A DNA stretch of 24,000 nucleotides, from assembly GCA_002321025.1 (NCBI GenBank), contig DCLL01000023.1, positions 1 to 24,000 on the forward strand, in the 5' to 3' direction. Of the stretch, positions 17,813 to 24,000 are shown piece by piece (position 1 is the stretch's first letter; every line of letters starts with the position of its first letter). A program made the translations under genes and the position numbers. The notes under the pieces were generated by a model that was not told the DNA's origin, ran no database searches, and worked only from the letters and a program-made list of their open reading frames with translations. The stretch comes from Acinetobacter lwoffii. GTDB lineage: Bacteria > Pseudomonadota > Gammaproteobacteria > Pseudomonadales > Moraxellaceae.

Positions 17813-18285
17813 GAAATGGTTTTACACTTATTGAATTAATGATCGTGGTGGCAATCGTCGGTATATTAGCTGCTATAGCTTTGCCATCCTATCAGGGTTA
17901 TAAGATCAGGGTAAATCGAGTAGATACTCAAGCAGAACTCATGGAAGTTGTGAGTAAAATTAACCGTTATAAGATTGCAAATTTTCATTATAAAAAGTCA
18001 GCTACTACAACAATTAGTTTGAGTGATATTGGGGTTTCAGGGGTATCTGAAAATGGGCTTTATAATTTGAGTCTGGTTTTTCCTGCTGAGATAAAATCGG
18101 ATGGTTCTACAATAGCTAATTATACACGTTGGGTATTAATTGCTGATCCGATTACGTCAGAATCGCAGCGAGGAAATGGTGCAATGTGTATTGATTATCA
18201 AGGATTCCGACATTGGTCAAAGACAACAACACCAATAAATTGTGCAGCTTCATTGATGAGCACTTCTACTTGGGACGGACGCTAA
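17800..18285 (+). CDS. Second PilE-like minor pilin (ComF-like)
   Basis: LRNG|[27 protein letters not shown] is a prepilin motif. The gene overlaps pilE by 13 nt. It occupies the position of comF after comC-comE in the A. baylyi arrangement as I recall it. Confidence 0.8.
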   Translation: MDRLRNGFTLIELMIVVAIVGILAAIALPSYQGYKIRVNRVDTQAELMEVVSKINRYKIANFHYKKSATTTISLSDIGVSGVSENGLYNLSLVFPAEIKSDGSTIANYTRWVLIADPITSESQRGNGAMCIDYQGFRHWSKTTTPINCAASLMSTSTWDGR

Positions 18286-18427
18286 CCAAATTCAAAATTG
18301 TGGATAACCAACTTTTGATCTTTCATTCAGGGCAAACTTCGCGTAAAATACTGCCCTCTATGAAAGGGGTTTGAGCTGTATCGATGGTCGGTACAAGGAT
18401 AATCCGTAAAAACTATAAGGTTCTATC

Positions 18428-18685
18428 ATGGTTGTTATTCGTCTTGCACGCGGTGGTGCTAAAAAACGTCCGTTCTATCAAATCATTGTGACTGATAGCC
18501 GTAATGCACGTGACGGTCGTTTCATCGAACGTATCGGTTTCTTCAACCCGACAGCTCAAGGTAAAGCAGAAAAGCTTCGTTTAGATGCTGACCGTTTTGC
18601 TCACTGGGTTTCTCAAGGTGCTCAACCTTCTGATCGTGTTGCTTCTTTAGCTGCTCAAGCTAAAAAAGCTGCAGTTGCTGCATAA
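18428..18685 (+). CDS. rpsP: 30S ribosomal protein S16
   Basis: [41 protein letters not shown] is canonical S16. Confidence 0.97.
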   Translation: MVVIRLARGGAKKRPFYQIIVTDSRNARDGRFIERIGFFNPTAQGKAEKLRLDADRFAHWVSQGAQPSDRVASLAAQAKKAAVAA

Positions 18686-18715
18686 TTTTTATATAAATTA
18701 GGTAGTAGCTTGCCC

Positions 18716-19264
18716 ATGACACCAACACAGAATGTTCCCGAAGATCGTATTCAGATTGGACAGTTGCGTTCAGCATATGGATTAAATGGGTGGCTCTGGG
18801 TCTATTCCAATACAGAACCTATGAGCAACATATTTGACTATCTGCCTTGGTACATTGAGACCAAAGCAGGTTGGCAAATTGTCGATGTAAAACGTTGGAA
18901 ACCACATGGTAAAGGCCTGGTTGTTTCGCTGAAAGGTGTGAGTGATCGCACTGGTGCAGACGAACTGGTTGGCTCCAATGTCTGGATCTCTAAATCGCAA
19001 CTGCCTCAAGCAGGCGTAGATGAGTACTATTGGTCTGATTTAAAAGGTCTAACTGTGTTAGGTCTGGACGATGAAGAGCAAGAAGTCAATCTCGGTCAAA
19101 TTTTTGAGCTGTTTGAGACAGGTGCTAACGATGTGATGGTGGTTCGCGCAACTGCCGACAGCATCGATGGCGAAGAGCGAATGATCCCATGGCATAAAGA
19201 TGTGGTGCAACGCGTTGATCTTGAAGCTGGTCGTATCTACGTCAATTGGGGCGTAGACTACTAA
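18716..19264 (+). CDS. rimM: Ribosome maturation factor RimM
   Basis: [24 protein letters not shown]... is the RimM N-terminal motif, and the PRC barrel C-terminus is present. The start is either ATG 18716 or TTG 18710. Confidence 0.93.
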   Translation: MTPTQNVPEDRIQIGQLRSAYGLNGWLWVYSNTEPMSNIFDYLPWYIETKAGWQIVDVKRWKPHGKGLVVSLKGVSDRTGADELVGSNVWISKSQLPQAGVDEYYWSDLKGLTVLGLDDEEQEVNLGQIFELFETGANDVMVVRATADSIDGEERMIPWHKDVVQRVDLEAGRIYVNWGVDY

Positions 19265-19292
19265 GAATTTTTCGGAAATACGGGAGTCTGCG

Positions 19293-20027
19293 ATGTTTTT
19301 TGCAGTCATTACGCTTTTTCCTGAAATGTTTGAAGCGATTACAGCCTATGGGATTAGCGGGCGCGCAGCAAAACGTGAGTTGATGCAAATTCATTGCATC
19401 AATCCTCGCGATTATGCGACGGGCAACTATAAACGCGTGGATGAACGTCCATTCGGTGGTGGTCCGGGTATGGTGATGATGGCTGAGCCTCTGGCAAAAG
19501 CAATCCAGCATGCCAAAGAGCTTGCAAGGCAAGCGGGTGCAGTTCAGGTTCCTGTGGTGTATATGTCACCGCAAGGAAAAACCTTAAACGAAACTGCGGT
19601 ACAGGATTTTGTCAAATATGACGGAATCATCGTACTGTGCGGACGTTATGAAGGCGTCGATGAACGTTTGATCCAGCAATACGTTGATCAGGAATGGTCA
19701 ATTGGAGATTACGTCTTGTCGGGTGGTGAACTGCCTGCGATGGTTTTATTGGACAGTATTATCCGGAGACTTCCGGGTGCCATGTCTGATGAACAGTCAC
19801 ACGTGCAAGACTCATTTGTGGATGGTCTTCTAGATTGCCCACAATATACCAAGCCAGATCATTTTGAAGGTTTGGATGTGCCTGAGGTGTTAAAGTCCGG
19901 GCATCATACCAATATTGAAAAATGGCGGTTTTTGCAGCGATATCAGCGTACACTTGAACGCCGCCCAGAGTTGGTGGAAAAAGTCGAGTTGACCAAGCAG
20001 CAGAAAAAATGGCTAAAAGATTTGTAA
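19293..20027 (+). CDS. trmD: tRNA (guanine37-N1)-methyltransferase
   Basis: [13 protein letters not shown]...[11 protein letters not shown]...[11 protein letters not shown]...[14 protein letters not shown] are TrmD SPOUT motifs. GGGAG lies upstream. Confidence 0.95.
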   Translation: MFFAVITLFPEMFEAITAYGISGRAAKRELMQIHCINPRDYATGNYKRVDERPFGGGPGMVMMAEPLAKAIQHAKELARQAGAVQVPVVYMSPQGKTLNETAVQDFVKYDGIIVLCGRYEGVDERLIQQYVDQEWSIGDYVLSGGELPAMVLLDSIIRRLPGAMSDEQSHVQDSFVDGLLDCPQYTKPDHFEGLDVPEVLKSGHHTNIEKWRFLQRYQRTLERRPELVEKVELTKQQKKWLKDL

Positions 20028-20097
20028 GATATTGATGAGTGATCATTTCTGTCTTCAAGCAAGTACTTAAAATTATTTAAGTATTCTTTAATAGGCT

Positions 20098-20126
20098 CTT
20101 TATGGTTGAGATGGTCAACCATAAAG
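20098..20126 (+). other. Perfect 12-bp stem / 5-nt loop hairpin in the trmD-rplS spacer
   Basis: The sequence is CTTTATGGTTGA-gatgg-TCAACCATAAAG. No T-run follows on either strand, so it is not an obvious terminator. The structure is certain; the function is unknown. Confidence 0.4.
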
Positions 20127-20212
20127 GGAAAGATAATCGGGTGTATGCGCTTTAGCCTCTATACCCAGCGATGATCAGACCTCTTCTGACTCGCACATAT
20201 TGGAGATACCCC

Positions 20213-20587
20213 ATGAGCGGTAAGCATCCTTTAGTTCAAGTAATTGAAAACGCACAATTGAAACAAAACATCCCTGCTTTTGCACCAGGTGATACAGTTA
20301 TTGTTCAAGTTAAAGTAAAAGAAGGCGACCGTGAGCGTTTACAGGCGTTCGAAGGCGTTGTAATTGCTAAGAAAAACCGTGGTTTGAACTCTGCATTCAC
20401 AGTACGTAAAATTTCTAGCGGTGTTGGCGTTGAGCGTGTATTCCAAACTCACTCTCCAATCGTTGCTGGTATCGAAGTGAAACGTCGTGGTGACGTTCGT
20501 CGTGCTAAACTTTACTACCTACGTGAATTGTCTGGTAAAGCTGCACGTATTCGTGAAAAATTACCAGCTCGTAAAACTAAAGCTTAA
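20213..20587 (+). CDS. rplS: 50S ribosomal protein L19
   Basis: [16 protein letters not shown]...[41 protein letters not shown] is canonical L19. GGAGA lies 6 nt before the ATG at 20213, and the ORF-track start at 20171 is an over-extension. Confidence 0.95.
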   Translation: MSGKHPLVQVIENAQLKQNIPAFAPGDTVIVQVKVKEGDRERLQAFEGVVIAKKNRGLNSAFTVRKISSGVGVERVFQTHSPIVAGIEVKRRGDVRRAKLYYLRELSGKAARIREKLPARKTKA

Positions 20588-20606
20588 TTTTAAGCTTTAT
20601 ACGAGT

Positions 20607-20636
20607 AAAAAAATGCGCCTTTGGGCGCATTTTTTA
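20607..20636. terminator. Bidirectional terminator between rplS and the first lipase
   Basis: The sequence is aaaaaATGCGCC-tttg-GGCGCATttttt, between convergent genes. Confidence 0.85.
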
Positions 20637-20658
20637 TATCTGGCTATTTTTATAAAAA

Positions 20659-21639
20659 TCATAAACTTTGTAGTTTTAAACGGTTGGCATGTTGACGATA
20701 GGCAGCAACCGGATCAGGTGCAAAGGTACCTTTGATGCCAAATAACAAGTTGATTTCATCCAGATGATTCCATGGATAATCATCACGAATCGTTTTACCA
20801 AATTTGGCACTACATACCGACACGATTCCATCGTTCGCGCCAGCCTTACTTGCAGAAAGTAGATCCAAGGCTTTCATGGCTGCATCACTGACATCTAGGG
20901 GATTAGTCACGGGTTGATTGCCCGTCATTGAATACAGTGCAATGCCTTGGTCTTTATATTTTCCCTCACCGCATGGACTCAGCGAAAGACCGAGTTTAAA
21001 GCGCTGGTTAAATTCTGCTGTGCCTTCAATCGACGTGCTGTGTCCTGCTGCAAGGGCGTTGTGTGGGAAAGCTTGACCGTCTAAGCCTTGTGCCCACATG
21101 ATGACGTTGCCAAAACTACTGATCAGGGTATTGAGCAGTTCAGATGTTCCGGTCTGATTGGCAAGTCGCATGACATCAGAGGCGACAATGGTGCCTTGGT
21201 TGGCACCGCCCACAGTCATTACTGAGGCTACATGTTGCGGTATCACCCCGGCTGCATAACGCACGCTATGTGCACCATGACTATGACCAATTAAATTCAG
21301 TTTTTTGGCGCCCGTAATCGCCATGACTTCCTTGAGTTGCTCCACATATTGTTCACCTCTGATTTCGCTGGAATTGAAAGGTGAGATGCGGGTGGCAAAG
21401 GCAGTTGAACCGTTACGGGTTAAATCTGGCAAAATTTGATACCAATAATCCATGCCTAAGGCATCAAAACCAATGCGATTAAAGCCGACCATGCCATGTG
21501 CAAATACAATCGGGTATTTTGTTTTTGCATAATTGGACACGACAAATCTGGATTCTGCTTGCTGCAAATTGGAAGCCTGCACATATTGGCCCGCAAATAA
21601 CACGCAGCATAAGGTTATAAAATGCGTTCTAATTTTCAT
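20659..21639 (-). CDS. Secreted triacylglycerol lipase, family I.1 (P. aeruginosa LipA-like), paralogue 1
   Basis: It has the signal peptide MKIRTHFITLCCVLFAGQYVQA, then YPIVFAHGM, the nucleophile elbow GHSHG, NDGIV (Asp), NHLDEIN (His), the Cys pair PCGEG / VCSAKFG, and a C-terminal YRQHANRLK. The ATG at 21639 is preferred over 21684. Confidence 0.88.
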   Translation of the reverse strand: MKIRTHFITLCCVLFAGQYVQASNLQQAESRFVVSNYAKTKYPIVFAHGMVGFNRIGFDALGMDYWYQILPDLTRNGSTAFATRISPFNSSEIRGEQYVEQLKEVMAITGAKKLNLIGHSHGAHSVRYAAGVIPQHVASVMTVGGANQGTIVASDVMRLANQTGTSELLNTLISSFGNVIMWAQGLDGQAFPHNALAAGHSTSIEGTAEFNQRFKLGLSLSPCGEGKYKDQGIALYSMTGNQPVTNPLDVSDAAMKALDLLSASKAGANDGIVSVCSAKFGKTIRDDYPWNHLDEINLLFGIKGTFAPDPVAAYRQHANRLKLQSL

Positions 21640-21660
21640 AAAGTTCCATTTTGGCGGTTT

Positions 21661-21699
21661 AAAAATTAGAAAATCCCTGTGCATTGGGATGACAGGGAT
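21661..21699 (-). terminator. Candidate terminator after lipase paralogue 2
   Basis: The minus strand reads ATCCCTGT-catcccaatgc-ACAGGGAT followed by TTTTCTAATTTTT. The 11-nt loop lowers confidence. Confidence 0.5.
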
Positions 21700-21708
21700 G
21701 AGATTGAA

Positions 21709-22677
21709 TTACAGGCCTTGCAATTTGAGCCGGTTGGCATGCTGGCGATAAACATCGACTGGGTCTGGAGCAAAGATATTTTTTAATCCGAGGAACTGGT
21801 TCACTTCATCCAGATGGTTCCAGTTGTAGTTATCCCGAATGGTTTTACCGAATTTGGCACTACAGCGGGAGACCAGACCATCATTTTCCTTGCCGCCATC
21901 AATGAGTAGAGCTGTAACTGTCAAGGCTGAATCAGGATCGAGCGGATTGGTGACTTGACCTATACCGGTAAATGAATAATGACGAATATCACCGTCTTTT
22001 TCCTTACCTTCACCGCAGGCGGTGGTTGGCATACCGAGCGGATATTTCTGGTTGAATTGAGCGGATCCTGCCAGGGTCAAGCTGCGACCACCAGCCAGAG
22101 AATCATGCGGGAAACTGTTCGGATCCAACCCTTGTGCCCAGGTGATGGCCTTAGACACCAGGTTGATACCACCGACTAAAGGCCCTTGTATCGGTGTACC
22201 TTCTGCTTGCAGGATCAGGTCTCCAACCGGGGAGCCCTTATGCGGAGCACCGACAGAAGTCAGGGAAGCGACTATTCCATTCCCTGCACCTGCGACATAA
22301 CGAATGGTCGGGCCGCCATGGGAATGACCGATCAGATTGACTTTCTTTGCACCGGTAATGGCCAGAATTTCATTTACCTGCTCTAAAAGTTGCTCACCCC
22401 GAATTTCCGATGAGTTAAAAGGCGAGACACGTGTTGCCCAGACATTACCGCCATTACGCGCCAGATCCGGTAAAATCTGATACCAGTAATCCAGTCCAAA
22501 CTGGTCAGTACCGATCCGGATGAAACCCGCCATACCATGTGCAAAGACAATCGGATATTGGGTCTTGGCATATTGTGAACTGGCTTTTGCTGTGACCTGA
22601 CTGGCCTGGGTGGATGCCTGGGTGCTGAGACATGTACCCGCCAGCAGCAGGCCGGTGATTAATATTCCGAATTTCAT
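21709..22677 (-). CDS. Secreted triacylglycerol lipase, family I.1 (LipA-like), paralogue 2
   Basis: It has a signal peptide, YPIVFAHGM, GHSHGGPTIRYVAG (closest to P. aeruginosa LipA as I recall it), NDGLV, NHLDEVN and the Cys pair ACGEG / RCSAKFG. GAGGA lies upstream. Confidence 0.9.
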   Translation of the reverse strand: MKFGILITGLLLAGTCLSTQASTQASQVTAKASSQYAKTQYPIVFAHGMAGFIRIGTDQFGLDYWYQILPDLARNGGNVWATRVSPFNSSEIRGEQLLEQVNEILAITGAKKVNLIGHSHGGPTIRYVAGAGNGIVASLTSVGAPHKGSPVGDLILQAEGTPIQGPLVGGINLVSKAITWAQGLDPNSFPHDSLAGGRSLTLAGSAQFNQKYPLGMPTTACGEGKEKDGDIRHYSFTGIGQVTNPLDPDSALTVTALLIDGGKENDGLVSRCSAKFGKTIRDNYNWNHLDEVNQFLGLKNIFAPDPVDVYRQHANRLKLQGL

Positions 22678-22810
22678 TATATTTTCCTCACTTTTGTTGT
22701 TTTAACGGGATGATCCTCATCCAGTTGCCTAAAGTTCCCCTATGTAGCAGGGACTCAGTTTCCTAAGTTTTTTTAATTAATAAAGATGATCTATTCATAA
22801 AATAAGTGAT

Positions 22811-23782
22811 TTATAAGCCTTGTAGCTTGAGCCGGTTGGCATGTTGGCGATACAGTGCGACCGGATCCTGCGCGAAAGGACCCAAAATGCCAAAAAACTG
22901 GTTTACTTCATCAAAGTGGTTATGGGCATAGTCCTGACGGATGATTTGGCCATAGCGTCCGCTATACAGCGGTAGAGCACCATCATTGGCTTCTCCTTTC
23001 AGGAAACTGCTACCTAAAGTCACGACTGTAGACTCTATCGCATCCAAGGAATTGGTTGCCTGCCGGTTGCCCATCCAGGAATAGTGGTAAATTCCATTGG
23101 ATGTAAGTTTGCTGCCTTGGGTCTGACAGTTTTGGGGAATGGCAGAGGAGCCATATTTCACATTGAAGGCCTGAATCGCCTCTGGATTCATGGCTTGCAG
23201 TGCCTCGATAATACTGACCGGATACTGGTTAGCTGTAACCAGATTCATGCTATGGCCCAAAATTGTACCAATGGCATGGATAAAGGGTTCAAGCAGTGGC
23301 GTCTGGCTGGCATTGACAAAAACCGGGGTGCCTTGCATCGCCCCGGCAATGGCGGTTAAAGAGGCGGCTTTATGCGGTGCAACGCCCTCGATATATTGAA
23401 TCGTTGGGCCACCTTGGCTATGCCCAATCAGATTAACTTTCTTCTGACCTGTCAGTGCCAGTACCTCATCAATTTGCATCAAGAGCTGTTCACCGCGCAG
23501 TTCATTGGAGGCAACAGCAGACAATTCGGCAGAAAACACCCGTGCACCATGCCGGCTCAGGTCTTGGGGAATCTGATACCAATAATCCAAACCGATGCGA
23601 TCCGTTCCAATCCGGTTAAAACCAAGACCAAAACCATGAACAAAGACCATCGGATATTTTGTCTTGGCATAACTCGAGAGGACAAAATTGCTTTTATATT
23701 CCTGTAATGCCGAGGCTTGCACAGGGCCAGTCAAGATGGAAACCAGCAGTAAAAGGTTCAAGTGATAGATTATTTTTTTCAT
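22811..23782 (-). CDS. Secreted lipase, family I.1-like, divergent paralogue 3
   Basis: It has the signal peptide MKKIIYHLNLLLLVSILTGPVQA, then YPMVFVHGF, GHSQG, NDGA, NHFDEVN and YRQHANRLKLQGL. The second disulfide cysteine is replaced (PLYSGRYG). Confidence 0.88.
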   Translation of the reverse strand: MKKIIYHLNLLLLVSILTGPVQASALQEYKSNFVLSSYAKTKYPMVFVHGFGLGFNRIGTDRIGLDYWYQIPQDLSRHGARVFSAELSAVASNELRGEQLLMQIDEVLALTGQKKVNLIGHSQGGPTIQYIEGVAPHKAASLTAIAGAMQGTPVFVNASQTPLLEPFIHAIGTILGHSMNLVTANQYPVSIIEALQAMNPEAIQAFNVKYGSSAIPQNCQTQGSKLTSNGIYHYSWMGNRQATNSLDAIESTVVTLGSSFLKGEANDGALPLYSGRYGQIIRQDYAHNHFDEVNQFFGILGPFAQDPVALYRQHANRLKLQGL

Positions 23783-23824
23783 TGCAGCTTCCCGGTCACT
23801 GATAGATCAAATGAAAAGAACCAG

Positions 23825-23856
23825 AAAAAAGCCTATATTTCAGCTGAAATATAGGC
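23825..23856 (-). terminator. Rho-independent terminator after lipase paralogue 4
   Basis: The minus strand reads GCCTATATTT-cagctg-AAATATAGGC followed by T6. Confidence 0.7.
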
Positions 23857-23865
23857 ACCCTGGCG

Positions 23866-24000
23866 TTATAAACCTTCTAATTTGAGTCGGTTGGTATGCT
23901 GGCGATAGAGGGCGACCGGATCGGGTGCAAACACGCCTTTCAGACCAAACATCATATTGGCCAGGTCAGTATGATTGAGTTTGTACTGGTCATGAATGAC
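23866..24000 (-). CDS. Fourth LipA-like lipase, C-terminal 44 codons only (continues beyond the window)
   Basis: My hand translation of the minus strand gives VIHDQYKLNHTDLANMMFGLKGVFAPDPVALYRQHTNRLKLEGL*. This is collinear with the C-termini of the other three paralogues. Confidence 0.8.
   Translation of the reverse strand, partial: VIHDQYKLNHTDLANMMFGLKGVFAPDPVALYRQHTNRLKLEGL

Noticed and set aside
20171-20212. N-terminal extensions offered by the ORF track for rplS, with the same issue for spoT (8705-8719), ispH (10016-10033), bfd (5920-5928), lipase 1 (21640-21684), pilA (521-532) and pilV (11569-11574).
   Set aside because: In each case an internal ATG has a properly spaced SD and restores the canonical family N-terminus. 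The extensions use rare starts or lack an SD.
22615-22677. Possible lipoprotein signal (LLAGTC) in lipase paralogue 2.
   Set aside because: Position -1 is Thr, not Gly/Ala/Ser, so it is not a good lipobox. A standard signal peptidase I site (STQA|S) follows.
23372-23707. 111-aa ORF and other plus-strand ORFs inside the lipase genes (21533-21751, 21979-22179, 22186-22386, 23084-23359, 23190-23399), plus the minus-strand alternative-frame ORF 22383-22571.
   Set aside because: They are antisense to, or in another frame of, clear lipase reading frames. The higher G+C content there inflates the length of spurious ORFs.
20659-24000. The idea that the lipase array is a foreign island because it looks G+C-rich.
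   Set aside because: My spot counts of 60-nt lines gave about 50-55 percent in the lipases but also about 50 percent in spoT and 45 percent in rpsP. The lipases therefore resemble the housekeeping genes, and the pilus genes are the AT-rich outliers.
1-24000. A search by eye for CRISPR repeats, tRNA/rRNA genes, integrase genes, att-like direct repeats flanking the pilin locus, and toxin-antitoxin or defence-type gene pairs.
   Set aside because: I found no regularly spaced direct repeats, no T-loop-like GGTTCGAATCC-type motifs, and no unassigned ORF large enough to encode such functions. The only mobile-element signature is the tnpB element.

Overview
The window reads as a chromosomal segment from an Acinetobacter-like member of the Moraxellaceae. 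This is inferred from gene content and synteny; no search was run. Gene order: pilA (-), an 802-bp AT-rich spacer, a leaderless pilin (+), a PglL/TfpO-type pilin O-oligosaccharyltransferase (+), bfr (-), a tnpB-only IS200/IS605 element (+), bfd-ridA-spoT-rpoZ-gmk (-), ispH (+), the fimU-pilV-pilW-pilX-pilY1-pilE-pilE2 minor-pilin/competence operon (+), rpsP-rimM-trmD-rplS (+), and four tandem LipA-type lipase paralogues (-), the last running off the window. I saw no rRNA, tRNA or CRISPR array. Most of the window is ordinary core genome. The most unusual part is the pilin locus at 1-3756. Two pilin genes lie head to head and share a 72-bp inverted repeat in their conserved 5' coding region. The sigma54 promoter and prepilin leader exist on one side only, and the other pilin starts exactly at mature residue +1. 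I propose a promoter/leader inversion switch or its fossil, related in idea to the Moraxella Piv pilin inversion; this is unproven and no recombinase is visible here. Other points worth a look: a solo TnpB element splitting the bfd-bfr pair, a Bfr with four of six ferroxidase ligands replaced, a SpoT with a degenerate synthetase domain, the four-gene lipase array with no foldase gene in view, and a 12-bp perfect hairpin in a long trmD-rplS spacer. All start codons were chosen by eye from SD spacing and are uncertain by a few codons.
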